DNA of 64,000 nucleotides, taken from the NCBI GenBank assembly GCA_047967505.1, contig CM106538.1. The stretch is one strand, 5' to 3'. Below are positions 13,030 through 25,322 of this stretch, one piece after another. Each line of letters starts with the position of its first letter. Position 1 is the first letter of the stretch. The notes beneath the pieces are model-generated. The model had not been told where the DNA came from, made no database searches, and worked only from the letters and a program-made list of their open reading frames with translations. The translations under genes and the position numbers were made by a program. The stretch is from Dipteris shenzhenensis. Lineage: Eukaryota.

Positions 13030-15325
13030 AAAACAAACATAAGCATAGCCATAGGCATAGGCATAGGAAAAGGAAAAGAGGAAGAAGAGGGAAAGGAAAA
13101 GAGATTGGAAGAGGGGAAAGAGAGAAGAGGAGGGAAAGGAAAGAAGGAAAGAAGAGAGAAGAAGAGGGAAAGAAGAGGGAAAGAAGAGGAGAGAAGAGGG
13201 AAAAGAGAAAGAAGAGAAGAGGAAGAAAAGGGAAAGAAGAGGGAAAGAAGAGGAAGAAGAGGGAAAGAAGAGGAAGAAGAGGAAAAGAGGAGGGAATTAA
13301 AAAAGGAGAAGAGGAGGAAAAGAGGAGGGAAAAGAGGAGGGAAAAGAAGGAGACATATGCTCATGCTTATGCTTATGCATGAGCATATGTCTCCTTCTCT
13401 TATGCTTATGCTTATGCTTATGCATAAGCATAAGCATAAGCATAAGCATAAGAGAAGGAGACATATGCTCATGCTTATGCTTATGCATGAGCATAAGAGC
13501 ATGAGCATGAAAGAGGGAAAAGAGGGGGGGAAAGAGGAGAAGAGAGAAGAAGAGGGAAAGGAAAAGGGGAAAGAGGGTTTAGGGTTTATATGCTCATGCT
13601 TATGCTTATGCATGAGCATAAGAGAAGGGAGAAAGAGAGAAGAAGAGGGAAAGGAAAGAGAGATTGGAAAAGGGGAAAGAGGGAAAGAAAGAGAGAAGAA
13701 GAGGGAAAGTAAAGAGGGAAAAAGAGACATATGCTCATGCTTATGCATGAGCATATGTCTCCTTCTCTTATGCTCATGCGTATGCATGAGCATATGTCTC
13801 CTTCTCTTATGCTCATGCATAAGCATAAGCATGAGCATATGCTTATGCTTATGCATAAGAGGAGTCTTATGCATAAGCATAAGCATAAGCATAAGAGAAG
13901 GAGACATATGCTCATGCTTATGCTTATGCTTATGCTTATGCATGAGCATAAGAGCATGAGCATGAAAGAGGGAAAAGAGGGGGGGAAAGAGGAGAAGAGA
14001 GAAGAAGAGGGAAAGGAAAGAGAGAAAGGAAAAGGGGAAAGAGGGTTTAGGGTTCATATGCTCATGCTTATGCTTATGCATGAGCATAAGAGAAGGGGGA
14101 AAGAGAGAAGAAGAGGGAAAGGAAAGAGAGATTGGAAAAGGGGAAAGAGGGAAAGAAAGAGAGAAGAAGAGGGAAAGTAAAGAGGGAAAAAGAGACATAT
14201 GCTCATGCTTATATGTCTCCTTCTCTTATGCTCATGCATAAGCATAAGCATGAGCATATGTCTCCTTCTCTTATGCTCATGCTTATGCTTATGCATAAGA
14301 CTCCTCTTATGCATAAGCATAAGCATGAGCATAAGAGAAGGAGACATATGCTCATGCTTATGCTTATGCATGAGCATAAGAGAAGGAGACATATAAGCAT
14401 GAGCATATGTCTCTTTTTCCCTCTTTACTTTCCCTCTTCTTCTCTCTTTACTTTCCCTCTTCTTCTCTCTTTATTGCTTAAGCATAAGCATGAGCATATG
14501 TCTCCTTCTCTTATGCTCATGCTTATGCTTATGCATAAGCTCCTCTTATGCATAAGCATAAGCATGAGCATAAGAGAAGGAGACATATGCTCATGCTTAT
14601 GCTTATGCATGAGCATAAGAACATGAGCATGAAAGAGGGAAAAGAGGTGGGAAACGAGGAGAAGAGAGAAGAAGAGGGAAAGGAAAGAGAGATTGGAAAA
14701 GGGGAAAGAGGGAAAGAAAGAGAGAAGAAGAGGGAAAGTAAAGAGGGAAAAAGAGACATATGCTCATGCTTATGCATGAGCATATGTCTCCTTCTCTTAT
14801 GCTCATGCATAAGCATAAGCATGAGCATATGTCTCCTTCTCTTATGCTCATGCTTATGCTTATGCATAAGACGACTCTTATGCATAAGCATAAGCATGAG
14901 CATAAGAGAAGGAGACATATGCTCATGCTTATGCTTATGCATGAGCATAAGAACATGAGCATGAAAGAGGGAAAAGAGGGGGGAAAAGAGGAGAAGAGAG
15001 AAGAAGAGGGAAAGGAAAGAGAGATTGGAAAAGGGGAAGAGGAAAGGAGAAGCATGAGCATATGTCTCCTTCTCTTATGCATATGCAAGAGAAGGAGACA
15101 TATGCTCATGCTTATGCTTATGCATGAGCATAAAAGAAGGGGGAAAGAGAGAAGAAGAGGGAAAGGAAAGAGGGATAAAGAGGGAAAGAGAGAAGAAGAG
15201 GGAAAGGAAAGATGGAAAAAGAGGGGGAAAGAGATTGAAAGATTGAAGGAGAAGAAGAAGGAAAGGAGGGAAAGAAGAGGAGAGAAGAGGGAAAGAAGAA
15301 GAAAGAGAGGGGAAGAGAGGTTTCC
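13030..15325. repeat. Composite palindromic satellite: (ATAAGC)n/(GCTTAT)n inverted arrays alternating with polypurine GAAGAGGG tracts
   Basis: Direct reading. Explains the spurious MLMHKHKH/CSCLCISI ORFs on both strands. Lies between a minus-strand donor (15417) and an acceptor (12996-12997). Confidence 0.95.
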
Positions 15326-15595
15326 TATGCCCATCACTATAGCTAGCGCTTAAGGCGCTAGCTGCAGGCCAATGCAAATAACAAAAATAACAAATGGAAA
15401 AAAGAGAAAGCACTTACTTGGAATAGTACGTCTCGCTCGGTGTTTTGTGGACTAGCCCTACAAAAGAGAGGAAACATACCATTTTTCAAATAAGATGTTA
15501 GAGGAAGGAGGAGATTACAAAAGCAACTTCTCAAAAAGATTGGAATAGGGAGACAAGGAGAAAGAGAAGGAAGAGAAATACAAAAAAGACTAGAA

Positions 15596-16085
15596 GAGGT
15601 GAGTCTTCTTTCTTTCTTGAAATCTCGTTTTTTGTTTCAATCCTTTGAAATCAAGCATGAAAACTAGTACACAGGTTTAGCAATTCAAGGAGAAGCACCC
15701 ACTAAACGAAATCTCACAAAAAACCTACCTACCTTGTTGAAAGAGACTCACCTCTTGAAAACCTTCCTTTCAAGAGGTGAGTCTTCTTTCTTTCTTGAAA
15801 TCTCGTTTTTTGTTTCAATCCTTTGAAATCAAGCATGAAAACTAGTACACAGGTTTAGCAATTCAAGGAGAAGCACTCACTAAACGAAATCTCACAAAAA
15901 ACCTACCTACCTTGTTGAAAGAGACTCACCTCTTGAAAACCTTTCTTTCAAGAAACCAAAGAGGGAGAAGGGTGGACAAGTTTAGCAATACAAGGAGAAG
16001 CACTCACTAAACGAAATCTCACAAAAAACCTACCTACATTGTTGAAAGAGACTCACCTCTTGAAAAACTTCCTTTCAAGAAACCA
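15596..16085. repeat. 178-bp tandem repeat (2 full copies plus 1 partial)
   Basis: GAGGTGAGTCTTCTTTC...AGACTCACCTCTTGAAAACCTT at ~15596 and ~15774, partial copy ~15980-16085. Confidence 0.9.
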
Positions 16086-16271
16086 AAGAGGGAGAAGGGT
16101 GGAGGGGGAGCACAAGAGCTAGGAGAGGGGTGAGTAGTGGTGAGGAGTGGAGAATAGAGTAGGAGGTCATCGGAAATAGGTGGGAGGAGAGATTGCCTTG
16201 CTTACAATAGAGATTAGAGAGTGCTAAAGAAAGCGCCGTGTGTTGCGTCGGGTTTCGATTTTAACCAACAG

Positions 16272-16352
16272 CGTCGCTATATAGCGACGTTTTTAATTGA
16301 AAGTGTCGCTATATAGCGACGGAACAGAGCAAAACGTCGCTATATAGTGATG
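16272..16352. repeat. Internal cluster of the CACTA subterminal motif GTCGCTATATAGCGAC
   Basis: Three copies (~16273, 16305, 16336) located between the divergent TnpA-like and TnpD genes. Confidence 0.85.
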
Positions 16353-16458
16353 CTTTAAGACACTTTATGTTCTAAGTTAAAAAAGAAGCTCATAGATGCT
16401 ATTTTATAACTGTTAAATATATTTTCTTGCAACTTATGTTGTGATTTTATAAGTGTAG

Positions 16459-18382
16459 ATGGAAGGGACGAGTGGAAGCTCGTCCGATGATGCGCCAATG
16501 CTCGGGAGCACAAAGTGGCCTACGGAGAGGTTATACTGTCATTGCACTCATTGCAAGCGAGAAGTACGACATCAACGTCGTATTATCATGCGTCACTTGC
16601 GGATGTATGGGGAGGAGCCCGAACTAGTACCCACCGTTGGTGTTGCACGTGTTGATGGATTATCGGTAAGTCAAAGCTATTTAAGTTCGCTGTTAATATT
16701 GGATACCAGGAAATACAAGATCTTATATTTACACGAAATCTTAAAACAGGATGAGGAGGCTGACGAGGGTACGCATATACCTTCACACTTTGAGCAAGAC
16801 TATAGTCTCCCGGATGATGACGAGGGTATGGTCGACATGATGGATTCTATTTTTAGGGGCACTACATCCCATGTACACGTGATGTCAGAGTCTGAGGTCA
16901 AAATGCGAGAGTTGCAATCAACACAATTGTAAGAGGGTGCTAGGATGTCTAAACTACGTGCTTGTCTCTCAATCCTAAATCTGCAAGTAAAGTATGGGTG
17001 GTCGGATACAAGTGTCTCGGCCTTAATGAGGTTAGCTCTTGCATTAATTTGACTCATTCTTTGGATATTGTTTGTTTTGAGAATCATCATGGATGGATTA
17101 GTGTACCGAATCATCATTGTTCGAAGCCTATGTATGTTTGAATTGTGATGGGTTGCTCCAGAAGATGTTGCCTTCACCAAATATTTACAATTTTCAAAGG
17201 ACAATAAGCTTATTGGGCTCAAGTCCCATGATTGGCACAAGGTCTTACAGGTATTCTAAGCTGTAGAATTAGTGTACCGATAATCATGATGCGTTAGCGT
17301 AATTATGATTATGTTATATTGTTGACATGACTTCTACGAGCGTGAGCGAGAGTTATCATCTGGATGTATGGTGCATGTAAGTTTCTTACCTCTTGACGTA
17401 ATTAAGTAATTATTTGTGGCAATATACCCTATAAAATAGATGCATCTTCATTGTTTTAATGATGCTCTTTTACAGTACAAAAAGTACAGTGCATTATGGT
17501 CATATGGACGACATTTTCACGTGGAACGCATTGATTCAAAGAGAGTCACGTATGATTGTGGAGTCATGGCTAACTTCACACAAGATAGCCGAGCAAGTGC
17601 TTCAGATACCAATCTTCTCTCCTCACAGTTGGATTATTGTGGAACCATATGCGAAATCTATGAAGTTGATTTCAAACGATTTAGTATTTTCATTCTTGAT
17701 GTAAAATGGTATAGAACTATTTACAACAGTCCCCATGCGATAGTGAGAAAAGATAGTAGCGGTTTCTTTGCAATAGACTCCACCAAACATTGGACTGATG
17801 AAAGTGATACTTTTGTTCTTCCTGAGCACTGTGAGCAAGTGCATACTAATGATTTAATTAATCGAAGCTTTCGTTTTTAAAGATCCATTGATACATGTAC
17901 TTGAGCATAATTTCATATATATAATTGACGACATTTGGCACCCATCTTCAATATAGGTGGTTTTTCATCCGGATCGTTTTGATCCAAGATGGTGGTACGT
18001 GATCCAAGTTGCACCACGAAGTAAGCAAATTTTTGAAGATAGAGATGTGGATATGGAGATGCCACTACCAATGCCGGATCCAATTAATCCTGATGAATCT
18101 AGTGAAGAAGATGAAGATCACAATATGAGCCAAGAGGAAGATGCGCATAATGACATCGCACGGGAGGAAGATGGAGATCACGATATTGAGGAAGAAGACG
18201 ACGATCATCAAGAATCACCACACTTTATTGAAGAAGATGATCAAGCACTTTTAGGTGAACGTGCGGTGCTAAAGTACGATGATGATATAGGAGATCAACT
18301 CGGTATAGAGTTGGAGATAGACTTGTTTGGCACCTTAGACTTAGCTCAAGATGAAACAGTTGATGTAAATGCTCTTCATTGA
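16459..18382 (+). pseudogene. CACTA TnpD/Tnp2 transposase remnant, spliced, internally deleted
   Basis: N-terminal LYCHCTHCKR (transposase-associated), L*EGARMSKLRACLSILNLQVKYGWSDTSVSAL, then LIGLKSHDWHKVLQ (~17210-17250), then DUF4216-like YCGTICEIYEVDF..FILDVKWY..DTFVLPEHCEQV/VFHPDRFDPRWWYVIQVAPR. The catalytic core is missing; stop at 16930. Confidence 0.85.
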
Positions 18383-18554
18383 TTTTTTTCATCTCAAACT
18401 TGGACATGAATATATGAGCTTCAAAGGCTTGATGTACATGCTCTCATATTTTTATTCTCTATGAGATCAAACATGTATGAAAATTAAAAAAAAATTTGTC
18501 ATTGGAAAAAACTAACTTTTAAGGCCTATATGAGTAAACAACCTCTCTGGAAAA

Positions 18555-18675
18555 CGTCGCTATAAAATAGTATATCAGTGTCGCTATATAGCGACACTTA
18601 AAAGTCGCTATATAGCGACCATTACAAAGGTCGCTATATAGCGACGTTTGCCTAAAGTTGCTATATAGTGACACT
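18555..18675. repeat. CACTA right subterminal repeats
   Basis: About five GTCGCTATATAGCGAC variants. Confidence 0.85.
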
Positions 18676-19699
18676 TTATGGGACACGCTTTTTTCTTTCC
18701 ATGCAATTCCTTGCGATGTGGCTCATAAGCATGCTAAAGGTCATTGCATTTTATAACATACATCATCAAATCCGATATCGTCGGAGGGGGGAAATCAAGG
18801 CGGTTGAAAATTTTACTTTTTGAAAATTCACCTGGCGTTCTACAAATCTTTGAACATTAACCTCTTATCATCCTGCAAACTACATCCTCCTATCTTGTGC
18901 AGAGTTAGCTCAATGTGACCTTGTTCTTTTGGTTTGGCATTATCTCCTTCACTCGAGTAAGACGTCTTCTATTCCTTCCTTGTCTCGCAAGCTAGTTGAT
19001 CTTCATTCTAGTGGGTTCATTGATCGTCTCCATGGCGTCAATGGCAAGACGTAGCTTGTCATGGCTTACAAGAGAACCAACCATAGGCTTCGAGATAGGA
19101 AGTTGAAAACCTACGAGATAGGAAGTTGAAAACCTTGGTCAAGGCATAAGGAATAGATTGCGAGACGAGGAAAGAAATGACATGGTATCGAAACAGTAGA
19201 AGATAAATTTGCAATGTTTGTGGAGGGAGAAACAACGAGAAGAAAGAAAACTCCTTGCAGAGCAGTAGCAGGAAGCGGTTGTAGATGCACGCATTTGATC
19301 ATTGCCTTCAAAACGAAGAACATGAGTTGTGGTCTCACATTTGGTGAGAGCATTCGAGGAGGCAACATCAGGCGCTTTAGGTGAATACTAGTCTTGAGTC
19401 TTCACAAGCTTTAGCCTCCTCAACTTAGATCAACTAGCTGCAAAGAGGGAGACATTAGCTATGTTTGTATCCTTTGAAAAAAAGGAGAAACGGCTTGGCC
19501 CACAATGTCAAAGAGGTTGTTAATCAGAAGGACCAACATACCTTGGAGTGGAAGCAATGCAGGATCATCTTGATCCGAGAAGTCTGAGAGCTTCAACAGA
19601 ACAAAAGAAAGGAGAGAGTCTAAGTGAGGTCTCACTGCGGAAGTTATTGATCAAGTGACAATATGGGACAAGCACATCATACACACGATACAACGCAGG

Positions 19700-20460
19700 T
19701 CATTGGTTGACTAAACTAGCCCGGTGGTTGTTTGTGAATGAGTTTGATTGTTTAATTTAATTTCTAAACTGGGATGGCTTGGACTTAATGTGATTGTCTA
19801 AAAAGTAGTCCAGTGGTTGGAACATCATGCAATATATCACTGTGTTGGTTTAGGTCAAACACTAGTTATGTGATTGTCCTGAGAATGGATGTTAATCGAA
19901 ACTATACTTCATTATTCATGTAAAATCTTGGTTAAGTTTATTGAGATAATTGTTTTAGTTTCACAACATTTATAGACCATAGTACAAAGTTATATATTTT
20001 CTTTGTAATTTTGAGGTAAAAGATGTAATTCCTAGCGAAACTTTAAAATTTGAAGTAAAAGATGTAATTCCTAGCAAAACTTTAAATTTTTTGCATAGAA
20101 GTTTTAAAACTTGGCGAGTGTTCCAAACAATTTTTTTTATTATGACATACAAACTTTTGATACCTACATTTATTTTTATTATGACATACAAACTTTCGAT
20201 ACCAATGTAAAAGTTTCGCTTCTTAACGAACCTAACATGAAAAAATCATCCGTGGTCCTAAACCAGCATGGTTGAACAACAATATATTTCCCCAATCCTG
20301 TGGTTGTCTGTGAATGAGTTTTGAAATAGTTTAATTGTTTAATTTCTAAATTAGACTGGCTTGGACTTAATGTGATTGTCCGGTTGGAACATCATGCAAT
20401 ATATCACAGTGCTGGTTTAGCTCAGACAGTTATGTGATTATCCTAAACTAGTGTGGTTAA
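19700..20460 (-). repeat. Inverted relatives of the 1-420 repeat (two units: ~19700-19880 and ~20260-20460)
   Basis: GGCTTGGACTTAATGTGATTGTC and GGTTGGAACATCATGCAATATATCAC each occur twice. Confidence 0.6.
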
Positions 20461-20469
20461 ATAGTAATA

Positions 20470-20985
20470 TGGTGAATCTAGCTACCAATATAAAAAACTG
20501 TCAATGTTTTAAAACCACCATGCACTAGTCCCACTTTTTCAATTGGTTTTAGTTTTCAACAAAACATGAAAAAGTTAAGAGGGTGTCCTCGAATGGGTGT
20601 GCATAATTTTAGCACAACATTGATTTTAGCACAACATTGTAAGGCCCTTAGACCACATCTAAGGTTCTCAATCAGGTGTGTCCTTTGGTTGAGGAAGAGC
20701 TCACGTAGGGTACTTTTGAATGATTACTTGGCTGCATGTGTGTAGAACAAAATTTTAATGTTTTTGAATAAATTATTATATTCTATAGAGATCCTATACT
20801 CTTCAAGATGCATGCTTCACATGCAACATAGCACTTGTTATGCTTTAACGATCTCATTCCAAATCTTTATTTCAGATGTTTTTGGTCTCATGTTCAAGAT
20901 TGGATGTGTACTACTACTTGGAAGATAGTTGTGTTGAATTCTATTGAACAATGCATAATGCATAAGTTATGGGTCCGGCAAGATA
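20470..20985 (-). repeat. Dispersed repeat, inverted copy of ~8740-9240
   Basis: Reverse-complement similarity to 8740-9240. Confidence 0.75.
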
Positions 20986-21620
20986 CCCATATGCAAAAAA
21001 TACCCTGAACCTCACCGAAAATAGCTTCACCAAAGCAAACATTGACTCAAGAAATCGCATGAAAAAAAACAATGCAAGATGATGTACAACATTGGATTTA
21101 TTCAAAGAGCATTGCACAAGTGAATTGAATATTTTCTGTAGCATCCATTTAAGCCAAGCACATCGCAAAAAATAAAAGTTCTAAGACACACATGTAGTGG
21201 CTCCATAAGTGTAGTGCTTTACTTTGTTTAGAAAAAACTTTAATAAGTTATGAAACATGCCACGAAATATGTATTGTTTTCGAGTTTTGACAAATCTTTT
21301 ATATAAGAATTATGATGAGTGATAAATTAGGTGCTTTCCTTTTTGTGTACCACATGCTTTGCATTTTAATTGCTTTCCTTTTGTCTTCCACAAGATTTGG
21401 CATTTCAATGCTTCTGGAAGGAGCTTCTCAAGCATTCTGATTCTCTCTCTCTCTCTCTCTCTCTCTCATATGACATTCTTGCGTATGAATTCCTTAATCA
21501 TACATCCTCTCTCTAAAATTAGCAACTCATTCGTACCAAGGGAAAACTCTACAAGAAGCACAATGCATCTTGCTCATGTTAAGAGAAGGACTATAGCATT
21601 TTGAAAAGGAGTTTGGCGTT

Positions 21621-24618
21621 TCAAAGGGCCTTGTAATCCCCGTTGTCCTCCTGTGGATCCTTGGGAGTGTATTTAGATTTTTTGGTGTAATAGTACATGA
21701 ACTGACAAAGAATCTAAGATACCGTTAAAGAAACCAAATGACAAAAGATTGACACTTGACGTATAGATAAAGGCTAAAAAAGTGAAATACAAGGATACGA
21801 AGCAATCCAAAAGAACACAAACCCCTGCATCCACAAGCCACGGCATGTTGGACTTGATCTTTTCCCACTCAGTATGGCGCACCAATATGCTGCAACCATC
21901 ACAAACAGTAAGTCCAATATATATATCGGATCATCGCTAAGATCCTTACCACTTTTTGGAACGATAAAAAGTTAAGAATTGTAGCTTTACCTCCCCACGT
22001 ACGTCACATTCCCCAGCAACGCGAAAGTGAACATAAGCGGATTCAGCCCCTGAATTTTTCCATCCATCCGTATCACTGGTCAGTGAGAAATCCACCTCGA
22101 TTAGCCTGTTTAGTTGCGCACCTAAATATAGTCTCTGGTTGCTCGCTTATTTGGTTATATGGTTATGGAAGAGCACTCATAATCTCACCCCCCCAAAAAA
22201 AGTATGAGACAGCAGAAAAGAACGTAGAAACCATCAGTAACAAAGAAGACATTAGAGTTCGCTATATTCAACTTTACCTCTACGCTTCCCCGTTTGATCT
22301 GTATACGTTATTGCCCCGTGCCACCATGCCGATGATAAGCCAAAACGAGCGAGAAGATTAGTCTTCCAAAATTCAAGGTTCTGTACCAGCATATTAAGTA
22401 TGTTCATAATCCGGAGATAAGCTGTTTATATACCGTCGGGAGGACTCACATTTAGCCATATCTGAGGAATTCGGCCTCCCATGTAAATAGCCGCCATCAT
22501 CCATCCAAACCATACGCCCAAACTTTCAGTCATGTCACTTACTTCCGACATTGCTACATGAAAGTTGTCACTAAATCTGGCCTACAACACGCCACCACTC
22601 TTAAGAAAAGTTGCTCCATGGGGATATTCATGGCAAAACTTGGAATGACAGCTTCGAAAGTGTTCGTTCTTGGTCAACAGGACCTGACAAGCTGGATTTG
22701 GTTCAACTCCAAATCCTGTCCTGAAGTAGAAAGAATCTTTGAAGAATGCCTAACCCCTGTATGTCTAGGATCAGGTTGAGCTTACCTCGAACAATTTTCT
22801 TCCCGGACGTCCAGCAAGGACCGAGTAAGTTTCTGCGCGATCGACCTTCTGTTTCACTCTGAGACGCCAATGGATGTTAAACCCACTCAAACATATTGCT
22901 GAAGATACTACCTGCGTATTCAGCCAACACATGGACAATTCTTTATCCTCCTTTCGAAACGTGATTCGTTTTCCTACTTTTTTTTGGATCGCTCATTGCT
23001 CAGAACAGATTGTCATAAAAGACCACTGAATAAGATTCAAAATTAACATCAAGTAGAAAGGATGATTCCAAATCTTACTGCTCTAAGTATTGAAGATGGA
23101 ATAACATGTGGCGCGGACTGGGATGTGAGTAGGCTCGGAGCGCGACCATTCGAATCCTCTACAGAATTTGGCTGCAGAAGGGAGGAATCACGGCCTCCAG
23201 AACCGCGGGAGGTGGCAAGGTAGGAGCCTGCAGTGGGGGTATGGCTGCTTGCCAACGATCTCGCAGACCTGACAGACATCCCAAAAAACAAGAGTGAGTG
23301 CGGACACGGTTTGTGACGGGTGCTGCATTGAAGCAAATCAAGAAACTAGTAGAAACTCGGAGGCTTTGAAGGGTTCCATCAATTTACATATAATAGAGAT
23401 CTCGCTTCATAGACTGAATAGCTGCTATGGGCCTGCTTGGAAGGCTTGTAGCGAGTTGCGCCGGTACAGTCACTGCATCCACTTTCTCTTGAGGTTTTAA
23501 GGGCTCAATCGCTTGAATGTCCTTGGCCTGAAAACGCTCAAAGAAATGCCTCAATGTCGTAGCATAATAAAACCTGCAATGGAGACGTGTTCCATGAAAA
23601 TCCAAACGACGTTACCTCTTTGCGTCCTACTGCTTTATCGTCGGCCTTCGTTTTCCTCCATTTGCGTATATAATCGTAATAGATGACTTGCCCGACAAGT
23701 ACCAGAGTCGTGATCGTGTATAGCTGCACGGTCAGCCGTGAAAAATTAACTTCTTACGATCACGAAACAGAATAGCGACAAGGCCTGATGGTTTACAAGA
23801 TTGAAGGCAAAAAATGATTAATCTTTGCGGGAACATGCTAAGAAGCGTACCAATGCCATGTAGAATTGTGTCGGCAGCTGCAATGGAAAGAAAACAGGGT
23901 TATAGCAAAACTTTAACTCCGTCCCAAGCCATCAGTACCATACTTGCAGTGCTTGAAGAATGGGAAATGAATGAATGCTTCGCGATTTTCACAATTTGGA
24001 GAATGAGACCAAAATCGCCAAGTTCAGAAGCACTAGAAAGACAGAAAAACTTGATTCTATCTCAGCCTTTCTAAATACAACTAACTCGGCGGTACAAAGC
24101 AGACTGTGAAGCAGAGTAGCTATGGAGACATGGACACATATAAGCAGCAGAAAGATTTCAGTGTGTACTTAACGAACAAACGGTTCTTAGGTTAAGAAGC
24201 CCAACTTACCGTGGATGGTTCGAGGTAGCATCCGGCAAGATTGAAGAAATCTCTGCACAACCGGGGGTGATATAGAGTCAGAGAGCTGTCAAATTCTTGA
24301 GGTCATTTACGATGCTGGAATAACGACAATGCATTCATTTTGTAGCAACTCCATGTAAGCTAGAGGGAGAGAGAGTTATGACCCCAAAACCCATGTCATG
24401 AGAAAAGCGAGCGAGACACCCTCCGTGGTTTGCTCCCGGCAGTTCGTGATGATTTGAGGCACCTCGGCGACTCCCCAACAGAAAACACTGATCATCCCCA
24501 GGGCGAAAGAAATCTCGTCCCTGGTGTTACAAACGCAATCTTTGAGGTATTTGCGAACCCATTCCAGACAGCGTTGATCCTTGGGGCACGTCGGCAGAGG
24601 GCCTCCTAAGGTGGCCAT
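21621..24618 (-). CDS. PQ-loop repeat membrane protein (YPQ/PQLC2-like vacuolar amino-acid transporter), ~421 aa. Exons 24618-24383, 24252-24210, 23877-23851, 23723-23616, 23527-23388, 23268-23079, 22911-22786, 22581-22450, 22298-22278, 22049-21991, 21889-21799, 21713-21621
   Basis: All introns are GT-AG and the exons sum to 1266 nt in one frame. PQ motif 1 WGVAEVPQIITN..EGVSLAFLMTWVLGDFFNLAGCYLEPSTLPTQFY; linker SARSLASSHTP; PQ motif 2 GWMMAAIYMGGRIPQIWLNIKRGSVEGLNPLMFTFALLGNVTYVGSILV; ends ILCQFMYY...GDYKAL*. Confidence 0.93.
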
Positions 24619-25294
24619 AGCCTACTACAGACGGTGATGGTGGGCTCTCAAAATGGACTTCGGTGAACGAAGCCTCTCTTCCCCTCTCTTTCTCTGTCTC
24701 TCCCCCTCTTTCCCTCTCTTCGCCGAGCGGTGAGAAAATTTTCTCTCTTCCCCTATTTGCCGATTATCTGCATGTTTATTGCCTTGGCGGTTGAGAAGAA
24801 AGAGTCTCTCTCTCTCTCTCTCTCGAATTCCGAGTGCTGTGCGTCGGTTCGGCCCCCCTGATATGTCACATCCTCAGCGATCCTTAGCTGGGAACGCACG
24901 GACGGGGCCGAGGCGTCGAGCGCAGCCAGCAAGCAAGGAGATAAGGGAGCGGCATCAGGATTGCTAAATTTGAAAAGCGGAAAGTCGTAGTGTACAGCCA
25001 AAACCGGAGGCAGGCATGGACAAGCGTCCACGACGATCGATGGCAGGGAAAGGAATCAAAGAGTAGCACGGAATGTCGAGGGTGGTGGTGATGCTTGAGG
25101 TGGCAGGGGCATAGGGCTACTATGGTCACTCAGGAGCAGGTAGATCAAAGCATATACTAGAGGCAGGCGCCATAGCCATTAGCGAGCAGCAATGAAAGTA
25201 TATAGTAAGAGGCAGGCGCCATAGCCAGATCAAAAGCTTGGAAAGAAGGAAGGAGATGAGAAAATTTTGCCTGGCGGCGGCGGCGGCTGCAATT

Positions 25295-25322
25295 AGGGGT
25301 TTAACAAGGTCTGTTATATATC
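25295..25322 (-). promoter_or_regulatory. Candidate TATA box (TATATAA) and telo-box-like AAACCCCTAA upstream of the PQ-loop gene
   Basis: Minus strand reads GGATATATAACAG...GTTAAACCCCTAATT, followed by a GC-rich, CT-rich leader. Confidence 0.35.

Larger units (their letters stand above)
10903..18675. mobile_element. CACTA (En/Spm) DNA transposon, decayed; right TIR not found
   Basis: Starts with CACTACAAG at 10903. Has clusters of the palindromic subterminal motif GTCGCTATATAGCGAC and both TnpA-like and TnpD remnants. No matching ...TTGTAGTG right end was seen, so the right boundary is approximate. Confidence 0.85.

Noticed and set aside
13360-15130. CRISPR-like appearance of repeated palindromic modules
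   Set aside because: No unique spacers of constant length, no cas genes, eukaryotic context.
12996-15413. Long ORFs (up to 400 aa) rich in MLMHKH, CSCL, FPS or EKR
   Set aside because: They are translations of the hexamer/polypurine satellite and appear on both strands; no protein signal.
21205-21216. GTGTAGTG as the right CACTA TIR
   Set aside because: It does not extend to match CACTACAAGGC, has no AAT TSD, and lies 2.5 kb from the subterminal repeats.
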